Shown here: piece by piece, positions 1-9,149 of the stretch
How the letters are laid out: each line of letters opens with the position of its first letter
Position numbering within the stretch: position 1 is the stretch's first letter
Source of the DNA: an uncultured Chloroflexia bacterium
GTDB lineage: Bacteria; Chloroflexota; Limnocylindria; Limnocylindrales; CSP1-4
Assembly: GCA_963766735.1 (NCBI GenBank)
Contig: CAVYBU010000008.1
Coordinates: forward strand, 1 to 64,000
Reading direction: 5' to 3'
DNA length: 64,000 nt
Program-made: the position numbers and the translations under genes
Notes under the pieces: model-generated
Database searches by the model: none
What the model was told of the DNA's origin: nothing
The model's input: the letters and a program-made list of their open reading frames with translations, nothing else

Positions 1-20
1 AAATCCTCTCGCCCCGACCA
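1..20 (+). tRNA. 3' end of tRNA-Pro (partial; rest lies upstream of window); attL of the island array
   Basis: AAATCCTCTCGCCCCGACCA is the end of the T-loop, the T-stem 3' strand, acceptor strand CGCCCCG, discriminator A and CCA. G72/A73 is typical of tRNA-Pro. Anticodon not visible. Confidence 0.8.
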
Positions 21-1108
21 GATCGACCAATCGAGATTGATTGGTCCCCAGCCCCGAAGGCTGCATCCCATCCGTGGGCCTTCGCGCTGGCGGTCAGCGT
101 GAACGAGAAGTCGTTCGCCCCCATCACGTCGATCCTCTCGAACACGGCTTCCGCGATCGCGTGCCGCCCGGCGTCTGAGGTCTTCGCCCACAGGTTCGGC
201 AGCGACTCGAGGTACGCCCGCGCTTCCGCGGCGGTCGGGATGCGTGACGGGCGGACCACCGCTGCCTGTGCCTCAGCGTCGAGCCGCGCCATGGTGGCCT
301 CGAGCTTCCCCAGGTCGCGATCCTTCGCGAACCGCAGGGCCGCCTGGTCACGCTCTCTGGTGATGCGGGCTTGGGCCAGGACGTCGCCGTTGTCGGGCTC
401 CGGTCGCCTGGCGAGCGCCACGGTGCTGGCCTTGAGCGTCGACGAGACGGCCACGTGCTCGAACGCGAGGCCGATCGCGTCCTCGTACACCTCGACCTTG
501 TAGGACTCGCCCTTGACGCGGTGGTCGAGGTTCGTCTTCGCATTGCGCCGGTGGCGGCGCGGGGCAGCCGCCCGAAACGCCTCGCAGGCGTCCAGATGGC
601 GGTAGCGGCCGACGTGGCCGGTCAGGCGGCGGCCGCAGGCCGCGCAGGCCAGGAGCCCGGCGAGGCCGTACTGGCGGCGGTGGACCGAGCCGCGGTGCCT
701 CCGGCTGTAGCGGGCGCGCATCGCCTGGACGTGCTCCCAGGTGCCGACGTCGACGAGCGCGCCCAGGGCGGACGGCTCGCCGGTCCGGAGGCGGCCGGCG
801 TAGAAGGGGTTGGTCAGCACCTCCGCGACGTGCGTCGGCGCGAGGCCCGTGGCCTTCCCGACCTCCCGATCGGTTCGCCCGCCTGCCGCGAGCTCGTAGG
901 CGCGGCGGACGAGCACCATCGCCTCCTCGTCGACGGTGATGGTCCGGCCCTCCCGCACCGTGCCCAGGGGCGCTCGGTTGCCGCCGGGGACGCCGAGCCG
1001 CCGGCGCTTGGCGGCGTAGCCCTCCCGGATGCGGTGATGGACGAGAGCGATGAGCGGTGCCGGGTGGCCGGCCATGAACTTCGGCGAGCCGACCCAGTAG
1101 ATCGTCAC
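1..1108 (-). pseudogene. Large serine recombinase lacking the N-terminal catalytic domain, fused in frame to an amidase-like N-terminus; frame runs into the tRNA (stop predicted just outside window)
   Basis: Manual translation from GTG 1108: MTIYWVGSPKFMAGHPAPLIALVHH|RIREGYAAKRRR..GGNRAPLG..VLTNPFYAG (recombinase domain)..GLLACAACGRRL (Zn ribbon)..coiled coil..AKAHGWDAAF..SGRGERI. No resolvase catalytic-Ser domain. Absent from the ORF track because there is no stop in the window. Confidence 0.85.
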
Positions 1109-1332
1109 CTCACGCCCCGCCAGAGGGCCGAGGCCTCGAGCCCCAGGAGCGCGAGGATCGCGCCGAGCAGGGGCAGGAGGATGCCCGGGCTGATGTCGTA
1201 GTCGGGGACGGCGACGTCGAGGACGAGGAGGACGACCAGGACGATCGTGAGCGCCGCAGCCGCGCCGATCCGGGCCGAGGAGTAGACGTCGGCCCGGCGC
1301 TGGTCCGCGTCGTCACCCCGTTCATCGCCCAT
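1105..1332 (-). CDS. Small two-TM membrane protein, holin-like
   Basis: 75 aa with two hydrophobic stretches; GTGA overlap with the amidase-like start. Confidence 0.55.
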   Translation of the reverse strand: MGDERGDDADQRRADVYSSARIGAAAALTIVLVVLLVLDVAVPDYDISPGILLPLLGAILALLGLEASALWRGVR

Positions 1333-1447
1333 GCCGGCGCAGTCGGTCGATCCACGCATCGACGAGGAACGGCAGCACAAACCGGTCGAGGGCGCCGCCC
1401 ATGACCACGCCGGCGAGGAATGCCGCGACGAGCTCGATCCCGCTCAT
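1322..1447 (-). CDS. Small membrane peptide (41 aa), probable phage remnant
   Basis: MSGIELVAAFLAGVVMGGALDRFVLPFLVDAWIDRLRRHGR; overlaps both neighbours (ATGA at 1444-1447). Confidence 0.5.
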   Translation of the reverse strand: MSGIELVAAFLAGVVMGGALDRFVLPFLVDAWIDRLRRHGR

Positions 1448-2126
1448 AAGGTCGTCGCGGGGTTGACGGCGCGGACGTACCCGGTGGGGGGAACCGGGAG
1501 TCGACCTGGATCGGACCAGCGCGCCGTCATGCACCAAGGGTGCGGGCGGCGGGCCGCGGTTTCTAGTTGGCCGATTGGGCCATGTCGTCCGGGCTCGGGC
1601 AGGCGCGAGGAGAGGGTCCACAGGAGCTTCGCCGTCGTCACCGCTCCGGCCCCGGACCGCGCCGCTCGACCGCCGCAACCGCGCCTCGCTCGACAACAAC
1701 GAGACGGACGCAGGTGCGGCTCTCGGGATTGCACGTCCGCTCCGTGAAGGCCAACCTTCGACGCCACGAGCATCTCAGCCCTGGAATCGCCGTCGGCCGA
1801 GCAGCATCGAGAAGGAGTAGTTCTACTCCCGGCTGATGCCTCCGGCACGATCGCCGTGGTCGTCGACTCGATCGACGGGGCCCAGCTTCGACGCCCTTCC
1901 TTCGCGCGCCTCGGAGATCCCTGCCACGGTCAAGTCCGACTGAGCGAACCCTGCTGCATGCGCGCGGCACCATTCGGGGACGCCAGTTCAGCCAGTGCCG
2001 CCGGTCGTCGTCATGGTGGCGCGACGTCGTGGTCCGACCGGAGGGCGTTGTCCGGGCCATGCCGCCGGCGATCAGTACCGGCGCGGGCTGGGCCGTGCCC
2101 TTGGTGGCGCGCTACCCGAAGCGACG

Positions 2127-3020
2127 TCAGCCCGATCGGGCCGGGCGCGTCGAGCGGAGCTGTTCCACGAGCGCCCGGGCGTGCTCCTCGACCGCCGGCG
2201 CGAACGACGTGCCGAGAGCGGCGCACGTCCGCCGTGAGACCTCCCCGAAGAGGTCCATCGTCGTCGAGAGCGCGGCCCAGACCTCGTCTTCGTCATAGCG
2301 GGCGAACGACGTCCGCAGGCCCTCAAGGGACACCGGATCCGCCCATTCCTCGAAGAACCGGCCCCGGAACCACGGGTCGCGACCCGCGGCGGCCGCATCC
2401 CACTCCAGGAGCCGGCGCAGTAGCTCCTTCATGTGGACATCGCAGGCGAGCTTCGCCCACCACAGCTCGCCGCGGCGGAGATGCTTCGCCGTCCAGACGG
2501 CGTGGTACCAGAAGTCGGACGCAACCTGCTCGAAGGCGGCAGCATCCGGCAGGGTCGCCGCCTCGGCCGCGATCGTCGGAGTCGCGTCCATCAGCCGCGC
2601 GGCCACGCCGTCCTTGTCGAGCAGGACGCGGAACCCGCGACCGAGGGCGGCCTGAGCGGCCCGGGGATCGGAAGTGAGTAGGGTCTCGATCTCGTCGATG
2701 GCGAAGAACGCGAAGTCGACGTCCGCGCCACCGGCGAACAGCACGCGCCGCTCGGATCCGTGGCCGGCGGCGGTCGGCTCGAGGAACGTGATCCACGGGT
2801 CACCGATCGCTGCCACCCAGCCTGGGTCCTGCACGTAGCGGGAGGGCCCGTCGGTCAGGACGAGGACGTCGAGGTCCGCCCATTCGTCGGCGGGATGGTC
2901 CAGGCGCGCCCGCGACCCGATGACCAGGGCGGCGCGGATGTCGTCCTCCGCCGCCGCCCACGCAGCGAACCGCTCCGCGATGCGATCGTATTCCCGTGCG
3001 GCCCAGCCGGGTTCCGCCAT
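2127..3020 (-). CDS. Aminoglycoside 6-adenylyltransferase-like nucleotidyltransferase
   Basis: GSRAR..ADEWADLD motif; FWYHAVWTAKHLRRGELW; GRFFEEWAD. Confidence 0.8.
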   Translation of the reverse strand: MAEPGWAAREYDRIAERFAAWAAAEDDIRAALVIGSRARLDHPADEWADLDVLVLTDGPSRYVQDPGWVAAIGDPWITFLEPTAAGHGSERRVLFAGGADVDFAFFAIDEIETLLTSDPRAAQAALGRGFRVLLDKDGVAARLMDATPTIAAEAATLPDAAAFEQVASDFWYHAVWTAKHLRRGELWWAKLACDVHMKELLRRLLEWDAAAAGRDPWFRGRFFEEWADPVSLEGLRTSFARYDEDEVWAALSTTMDLFGEVSRRTCAALGTSFAPAVEEHARALVEQLRSTRPARSG

Positions 3021-3037
3021 CGGCAATCGCGTCCGTG

Positions 3038-4528
3038 TTACGGGACGGCTCGCCGGCGGGCGACCGCCGCCCAGACGACGAGGACCAGGAAGCCGCCGAG
3101 GCAGACCCAGCCCAGCCAGCGCCCGAACGCTGTGTAGAGCGTATCCACGTGGGCGGTGGGCACCTGGGCGATCATCGTCCGGTCCGTCGAGCGGAAGAAG
3201 TCGGTCTGGGCGAGCTCCCTCCCGTAGGGGTCAACGGCCATCGACAGGCCCAGCTCAGTCTGGCGCACCAGCGAGTACCCGTTCTCAACAGCGCGGAACA
3301 CGGCCATCTGGGTGTGGACCGGGTCGATCTCGAACCAGTCCGCACTGGGGACCAGGAGCAGCCCGGTGCCGTTCTGCCCGCTCTGCTGGATCACCGCCGG
3401 GTAATCGGCGTCCCAGCAGATCACGCCCGAGAGCACGCCAAACGGCGTGTTCGCGGTCTGGAGCGTTCCGTCGCCGACCACGGTGCCCTCGAAGATGGCA
3501 CCGCCGTACTTGACGTGTTCGATCACGATCGATCCAGCCGGATCGATCACCAGGAGCTTGTTGTCGACCGGCACCAGCGTGTCCTCGGTCCAGGTCCACA
3601 GTGGCACGGCCAGGTAGATCGCCTGTTCCCGGGCCAGGTCCTGGGCGCGAGCGGTGTAGGCAGCCTCGTCCGAGTCGAAGATCACGCCCGCGGTCTCGGG
3701 CCACACAACCACCTCGGCGCCGGCCTGCGCCTCGCGCGCGGTCGCGCCTGCAAAGGCATCCCAATGGGTCTGGAACAGCTGACGACGAGCCGCCGTATCG
3801 GACAGCTGTGCCATCGGTTCTTTCAGGGCATGGGTCGAATCGGCGTTGATCCCCGCCACACGGATCGTGTCACCCGACGAGGCGGGAATCAGGCGCAGGA
3901 AGCCGAAGATGAAGACGAGCGCGAGCACCGTGCCGAAGACGGTCAGTCCCCGCCGGACCCCGGCACCGCGAACCCGGTTCTCCCAGGCCCAGTTGACGAC
4001 CGAGGCAAACCAGCCCATCAGGAAGGTGATCCCGATCATGCCGGTCACCGACGCGAGCTGCATGAGCGGCAGGTTCCCGTACTGGGTGAAGCCTGTCGCC
4101 GCCCAGGCACCGACCGGGTTGGCGTGGCCGTTAACGAATTCGATGGTCGTCGCCGCGAGCGGATAGACGAGCGTGCTCGGGAAGCCTCCGAGGCGGGGAC
4201 CGATGAGCCGGTCGGCGAGAAACGGCAGGCTCCACAGCAACCCGTACAGAACGGGGAGGGACACGACCAGTGGCAGGGGCCATCCCGACGACGTCCACAC
4301 GCTGCCGAAGCCGATGATGAAGGCCACAGCGAGGGCGATGAAGAGGAGGGCAAACCCCCGCCAGCCCCCATGGTCCCGCGCATAGCGCATCACCAGAACC
4401 GGCCCGATCCAGGCGGCGGGCGGAGCCAGCCAGTTCCCCATCGAGAACCCGATCAGCAGGGCTCCGGCAAGCAGGATCGCAAGGGAGGCGCCCCACCCGG
4501 ACACGCGGGCCGTCGCGGATGCAGTCAT
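3038..4528 (-). CDS. Membrane nitrilase-family protein, apolipoprotein N-acyltransferase-like
   Basis: Multi-TM N-half; WPE, K and ICWD catalytic motifs; RAVENG. Confidence 0.85.
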   Translation of the reverse strand: MTASATARVSGWGASLAILLAGALLIGFSMGNWLAPPAAWIGPVLVMRYARDHGGWRGFALLFIALAVAFIIGFGSVWTSSGWPLPLVVSLPVLYGLLWSLPFLADRLIGPRLGGFPSTLVYPLAATTIEFVNGHANPVGAWAATGFTQYGNLPLMQLASVTGMIGITFLMGWFASVVNWAWENRVRGAGVRRGLTVFGTVLALVFIFGFLRLIPASSGDTIRVAGINADSTHALKEPMAQLSDTAARRQLFQTHWDAFAGATAREAQAGAEVVVWPETAGVIFDSDEAAYTARAQDLAREQAIYLAVPLWTWTEDTLVPVDNKLLVIDPAGSIVIEHVKYGGAIFEGTVVGDGTLQTANTPFGVLSGVICWDADYPAVIQQSGQNGTGLLLVPSADWFEIDPVHTQMAVFRAVENGYSLVRQTELGLSMAVDPYGRELAQTDFFRSTDRTMIAQVPTAHVDTLYTAFGRWLGWVCLGGFLVLVVWAAVARRRAVP

Positions 4529-4598
4529 CGGTCGACCTCCTTCTGGGATATGCCCGGCATGGCCATGGATCGAGCGGCGCTGGCGACCCGCACCGGCC

Positions 4599-5120
4599 CT
4601 AGGCTCGAGTGCGTGACTCGGCCCAGGCTCGCCAGAGCACGATCAGGCCGATGACGATGATCGCGACGCCCCAGTAGTCGAGCAGGTTGACTGCCTGGCC
4701 CCCGATCAGCAGGGCAGCGCCGATCACGGCCAGGATGCCGCCCGGGATGATCGGCCACCAGTGGTGCCTGTCGACGTGCGCGATCGCGCCGATCACCCAG
4801 ATCGACACGAACCCGAGACCGAGGCCCAGGACCACGACGCCGCCGGTCTGCTCGTCCGTCGCCGCGAGGTTCTCCGAGGCGATGATCCCGGCGCCCAGAC
4901 CGGTCATGATCCCGCCCGGGACCAGGTAGCCGTACTGGCGCGTGAACACGAACGCCACCAGGAACCCCACCCCGATGAGCATGACGATCCAGCCACCCAT
5001 GTTGGCCGTGAGGTCAAACACCTGGGCGGCCAGCCCGACCACGCCGACCACGATCAGGATGACGGCGACAGCCATCCGGTCGCGCGAACTCGCGCCCACT
5101 TTCGGAGCCACTTCAGACAT
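4599..5120 (-). CDS. Hypothetical multi-pass membrane protein
   Basis: Hydrophobic ORF with repeated xPGGI motif; RBS GGAAGG. Confidence 0.7.
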   Translation of the reverse strand: MSEVAPKVGASSRDRMAVAVILIVVGVVGLAAQVFDLTANMGGWIVMLIGVGFLVAFVFTRQYGYLVPGGIMTGLGAGIIASENLAATDEQTGGVVVLGLGLGFVSIWVIGAIAHVDRHHWWPIIPGGILAVIGAALLIGGQAVNLLDYWGVAIIVIGLIVLWRAWAESRTRA

Positions 5121-5377
5121 CCCCTTGCCTCCTTCCCGCGCGCCGGGCGACCCACAGTCGACCCCGGGACGCGGCGGCTCCACTTGGTCAATGGACAAGC
5201 GGGTCAAAGATCCGGATAAGTGCCATTCAGCCCCCTGCGGATGATCCGCTTGGCCTGTGGGGCGAATCGGCGGCCACGGACAACGAGCCCCGCCGCAATC
5301 CATTCCGGCACGACGATCCGTGGTGTCGAACCCGGCGGCTCATGTCCCGTAGCGACACGACCGCGTCCAGTAGACCG

Positions 5378-5632
5378 CTACTCGTCCGCCTGCACTCCGC
5401 CCTCGGGCTCGGGCAGCCGCGGGGCCAGGATCCACACGAGCTGCGCCGTCGTCGTCACCCCCACCTTGGACCGGGCGTTCGCCAGGTGGTGCTTGACGGT
5501 CGAGTGCGACAGGCCGAGTCGATGGGCGGCCGCCTTCTCCGACCCGGCGACAAGGACCGCGGCCACGACGCCGACCTCGCGGTCCGTCGCGCGATTGGCG
5601 AATGCCCAAGTTCTCCGACCCGGTCGGGCCAC
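5378..5632 (-). CDS. LuxR/GerE-type small HTH protein, copy A (N-terminus replaced)
   Basis: ATDREVGVVAAVLVAGSEKAAAHRLGLSHSTVKHHLANARSKVGVTTTAQLVWIL. Confidence 0.75.
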   Translation of the reverse strand: MARPGRRTWAFANRATDREVGVVAAVLVAGSEKAAAHRLGLSHSTVKHHLANARSKVGVTTTAQLVWILAPRLPEPEGGVQADE

Positions 5633-5660
5633 CGGCTACCCGGTCAAGCATGAAGCCTGC

Positions 5661-5701
5661 GTGGCAAGCAAGTACTTGACAACTCGCCAAGTACTTGCCA
5701 C
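5661..5701 (+). promoter_or_regulatory. Promoter/operator with nested palindromes
   Basis: CAAGTACTTG at 5669-5678 and 5688-5697; outer IR GTGGCAAG/CTTGCCAC; TTGACA at 5676. Confidence 0.65.
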
Positions 5702-5737
5702 ACTGGCGCAATTACACCGCAGCAGAGGTTCAAGATC

Positions 5738-6214
5738 GTGACGAACGCAATGGATCCAGGTGAGGCCCGGGAGGCGCTCGCCGAGACGGAGCGGCGTAGA
5801 GAGCAGGTCATCGAAGGGACGCTCGTCCCGAGCTGGTACTGGTGGGTCGTGGGGATCCTGGCTGTGGGCCTGGGGGTCGGCGTGGACGCGCGCGACCCGG
5901 CGATCACCGGGGCCACCGCTGGCATCTTCGCGGTGGGTGTGTCGGTGCTCACCGTGTGGATCGCGTTCGGTGGCCGCCGCCACGTGAAGGTCCACGATCG
6001 GCTCCTTGGCGCACGCGGCGCCGGCCTCATCGTTGGCTTCGTGTGGCTCGTGGTTGGTGGCACCCTTGGGCTGGCGTTCGCCCTCCAGGCGGCGAGCGTT
6101 GGACCCGCGGGGACGCTCTCGACCATCGCCTGCGCGATCGCGCTCATCGTGGGAGGACCGGTGCTGATGCGGCGGCTGCGCGAGATGATGCGGCGTCAGA
6201 CGGAGGTGGGTTGA
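5738..6214 (+). CDS. Hypothetical four-TM membrane protein
   Basis: Hydrophobic ORF; TGATG-coupled to the downstream regulator. Confidence 0.75.
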   Translation: MTNAMDPGEAREALAETERRREQVIEGTLVPSWYWWVVGILAVGLGVGVDARDPAITGATAGIFAVGVSVLTVWIAFGGRRHVKVHDRLLGARGAGLIVGFVWLVVGGTLGLAFALQAASVGPAGTLSTIACAIALIVGGPVLMRRLREMMRRQTEVG

Positions 6215-6516
6215 TGGCCACGCCACGGTTCGACGAGCTGATCCATGCCCGGACCCGGCTCTCGATCGTCTCGCTGCTGGCCGCCTCGGACTGGGCTGAG
6301 TTCAGGTTCCTCCGCGAGTCCCTCGGCCTGTCCGACTCGGTCCTCTCGAAGCAGCTCACTCTGCTCGAGAAGGCCGGCTACGTGACGATCCGAAAGGCGT
6401 TCGTCGGCAAGCGACCCCGCACGTCGGTGAAGCTCAGTCAGGTCGGGCGTCTCGCGTTCGAGGGCCACGTCCTGATGCTCCAGGAGCTCGCCTCGCAGGG
6501 CGGGATCACGGGTTGA
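6214..6516 (+). CDS. Winged-HTH transcriptional regulator (ArsR/MarR-like)
   Basis: FDELIHARTRLSIVSLL..LGLSDSVLSKQLTLLEKAGYV..GKRPRT. Confidence 0.85.
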   Translation: MATPRFDELIHARTRLSIVSLLAASDWAEFRFLRESLGLSDSVLSKQLTLLEKAGYVTIRKAFVGKRPRTSVKLSQVGRLAFEGHVLMLQELASQGGITG

Positions 6517-6829
6517 AGTCCGGTGGGTCGGAACCACAATGACATGTGCGGGCCCCGACGTACCAGTCGCGGCGAGCCGACCGCTCGTCGTCCTTCCGGA
6601 CCGTCACCTCAGGCTCCGGCAGCCGCGGCGCCAGGATCCAGACGAGCTGCGCCGTCGTCGTCGCCCCCACCTTGGACCGGGCTTTCGCCAGGTGGTGCTT
6701 GACGGTCGAGTGCGACAGGCCGAGGCGGTGGGCGGCGGCCTTCTCCGACCCGGCGACCAGGACGGCGGCGACCACGCCGACCTCGCGGTCAGTGGCGCGT
6801 TCGACGTGGTGGCTCGACCGTCGCGTCAT
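6506..6829 (-). CDS. LuxR/GerE-type small HTH protein, copy B
   Basis: Same core as copy A; start overlaps the LSR-tail stop (ATGA 6826-6829). Confidence 0.8.
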   Translation of the reverse strand: MTRRSSHHVERATDREVGVVAAVLVAGSEKAAAHRLGLSHSTVKHHLAKARSKVGATTTAQLVWILAPRLPEPEVTVRKDDERSARRDWYVGARTCHCGSDPPDFNP

Positions 6830-7030
6830 GCGCTCCGCAGCCAGTCGAAGGGCTCCGGCGGCTCGGCGAGGCGCATCGTGACGGAGCTCGGAAGGTCGTT
6901 GGTGGCGGGGCTATCCCTCTCGCCCCGACCAGTCTTACGCACTTCCACCCTGAACTCGCCGGTCATTGCGGCTGCCCAGTCACGTGCCTCGGCTTCGACG
7001 CTCGGGTGGAGCCAGACCTCGTTCGGCCCA
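6826..7030 (-). pseudogene. LSR C-terminal remnant reading through att junction 1
   Basis: GPNEVWLHPSVEAEARDWAAAMTGEFRVEVRKTGRGER|DSPATNDL..FDWLRSA*, similar to the end of the 1-1108 LSR. Confidence 0.7.
6916..6932 (+). repeat. att core, copy of tRNA-Pro 3' end (junction 1)
   Basis: CCTCTCGCCCCGACCAG identical to 5-21. Confidence 0.9.
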
Positions 7031-7162
7031 CTCAAGCGTCCTCGCCATGGAGCCTGAGGAGTACGCGCGGCGGCTCCAGGCCACCCAGCTCCGCGCTGGA
7101 CAGGCCCCCCACCGGGCCGTCGGACCCATGCAACATGTCGCGGGACGGAGCGTCCTATCCCC

Positions 7163-8548
7163 GTGGACACCAGCATCCCGCCGCTCGAGCCGGTCGCGAC
7201 CGCCGCCCCCGCCGTCCGACTGGTGCCAGTCGTCGCACTGCTGGTCCTGCTCGCGCTCGGATCGACAACGATCGGCTGCGAGATGGTCCGTGGACCGCAG
7301 CAGGACGACCCATCCGTCGTGGTGCCGGTCTCCCCGGTCGCGGCGCCCTCGTCCACTCCAACGCCCAGCGCCACTCCCGGGGCCGTTCCGACGCCGTCTC
7401 CCGAAGTCGCCGGCGTGGACCTGACGTGGACCGCGGCGCCGGTGACGGCATCGATGAGGAACGCAGAGATGTTGGCCGTTGCGGTCGGGCACGACCTGTA
7501 CGTCGCCGTCGGGTGCACTGGGTTGGACAAGTCCAGCACGACGGGTGCGGCATGGACGTCCCCGGACGGCGAGATCTGGACGTCCGTCAACGTCAGGAAC
7601 GCGAAGCGCGCCTGCCTCTATGGTGTGATCTCCTCGCCGGACGGGTACCTCGCGTGGGGACACGACGCCGACGGCGCAGCATTCTGGCGCTCCGAGGACG
7701 GCGACCAGTGGTCCCGGGCGCGTTCCCTGGCGTCGTTCGCGAACCAGCACGTCGCCGATGTCGTCCGCTTCGGCGACCAGTACATCGCCTTCAGTGCATG
7801 GGGTCCCGAGGAACCTGAGCCAAAGCCCCGGATCTGGGCCTCGCCCAACGGGGTGCGCTGGTCCGACCAGCCCGACTCCATTGGTTGCGACGGCGGGCAG
7901 ACGAGCGACCCGGAAAGCCTCCCCTACATCCGCTCCGTGTTCGTGGACGGGATCGAGATCGTGGCCATCGGCGTCACCCTAACCGAGTACCACGGACCCG
8001 TGGCCGGTTCCGATCCGGCCACCGGGGGAGAGCTGCGGGTGATGGGAAGGTCCCAGGACGCACGGTGTTGGACCGTGACCTACACCCCAACAGACAGCTC
8101 GACGTGGCAGTCCGTCCTGACCCCGGACGGGATCGTCGGGGTCGGCCACCAGGCCACCAATGGGGCGACCGTCCCACTGATCACCGCGTCGACCTCCGTC
8201 GACGGCTCCGCCTGGTCGCCATCGACCTTCAGCCCGGGTGCCCTGGAGGGCACGCTCGAACGGCTCGCGTCGGGAGACCGTGGCCTGCTCGCGATCGGCC
8301 CGGTTCGCAGCGGCGAGCCCATCGAGGACCTCGGTGACGCCTACGAGCCCCCCGAAGACCTCCCCCCTCGCGGTACCGACCCCTCGGCATGGTGGTCCGC
8401 AGACGGACGTACGTGGCGGCGGACGGCGGCGCCTGACGCCCCCACCACGTTGTTCAGTGATCTGGTCGCGATCCCGGGCGGCTTCATGGCCGTCGGCCGC
8501 AAAACCACACCGTCCGGCTGGGTCGCCGAGGTCTGGATCGCGCGGTAG
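7163..8548 (+). CDS. Exported protein with repeated WxSxDGxxW (BNR/Asp-box-like) motifs
   Basis: Hydrophobic N-terminus, PT linker, motifs WTSPDG, WRSEDG, WASPNG, WWSADG. Confidence 0.75.
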   Translation: MDTSIPPLEPVATAAPAVRLVPVVALLVLLALGSTTIGCEMVRGPQQDDPSVVVPVSPVAAPSSTPTPSATPGAVPTPSPEVAGVDLTWTAAPVTASMRNAEMLAVAVGHDLYVAVGCTGLDKSSTTGAAWTSPDGEIWTSVNVRNAKRACLYGVISSPDGYLAWGHDADGAAFWRSEDGDQWSRARSLASFANQHVADVVRFGDQYIAFSAWGPEEPEPKPRIWASPNGVRWSDQPDSIGCDGGQTSDPESLPYIRSVFVDGIEIVAIGVTLTEYHGPVAGSDPATGGELRVMGRSQDARCWTVTYTPTDSSTWQSVLTPDGIVGVGHQATNGATVPLITASTSVDGSAWSPSTFSPGALEGTLERLASGDRGLLAIGPVRSGEPIEDLGDAYEPPEDLPPRGTDPSAWWSADGRTWRRTAAPDAPTTLFSDLVAIPGGFMAVGRKTTPSGWVAEVWIAR

Positions 8549-8683
8549 GTGGCGCGTCGCGCGTCGGGTGGCGCCGGGCATGGGCGCAAACCGTCAGAAG
8601 AGGCCGGCCAGGTCCGCGAACCGCGTCAGATCGACCAAGTCGGTCTGGCGTGCCGGGGCGATCCCAACAGCCCCACGACGTCA

Positions 8684-8941
8684 TCAAGCAGACCGCTGCT
8701 CGTCCGTCCGAGTCCAGCCCTCTGGCTCGGGCAGCCGCTCCGCCAGGATCCACACCAACTGCGCCGTCGTCGCGGCGCCGACCTTCGACTGCGCGTTCGC
8801 CAGGTGGTGCTTGACGGTCGAGTGCGACAGCCCGAGTCGGTGGGCGGCCGCCTTCTCCGACCCGGCAACGAGGACCGCGGCGACCACGCCGACCTCGCGG
8901 TCAGTGGCGCGTTCGACGTGGTGGCTCGACCGTCGCGTCAT
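8684..8941 (-). CDS. LuxR/GerE-type small HTH protein, copy C
   Basis: Near-identical to copy B; ATGA overlap at 8938-8941. Confidence 0.8.
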   Translation of the reverse strand: MTRRSSHHVERATDREVGVVAAVLVAGSEKAAAHRLGLSHSTVKHHLANAQSKVGAATTAQLVWILAERLPEPEGWTRTDEQRSA

Positions 8942-9130
8942 GCGCTCCGCAGCCAGTCGAAGGGCTCCGGTGGCTCTGCGAGCCGCATCGCGATGGGAAG
9001 GTCGTTGGTGGCGGGGCTATCCCTCTCGCCCCGACCAGTCCTACGCACTTCCACCCTGAACTCGCCGGTCATTGCGGCTGCCCAGCCGCGAGCCTCGGCT
9101 TCGACGCTCGGGTGAAGGCAGACCTCGCTC
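8938..9130 (-). pseudogene. LSR C-terminal remnant reading through att junction 2
   Basis: EVCLHPSVEAEARGWAAAMTGEFRVEVRRTGRGER|DSPATNDLPIAMRLAEPPEPFDWLRSA*. Confidence 0.7.
9022..9038 (+). repeat. att core, copy of tRNA-Pro 3' end (junction 2)
   Basis: CCTCTCGCCCCGACCAG identical to 5-21. Confidence 0.9.
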
Positions 9131-9149
9131 CAACCGAGTCGGGTTGCCC

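Noticed and set aside
8627-8638. 12-bp match CAGATCGACCAA to positions 19-30
   Set aside because: Lacks the tRNA core; 12-mer matches are expected by chance in 64 kb.
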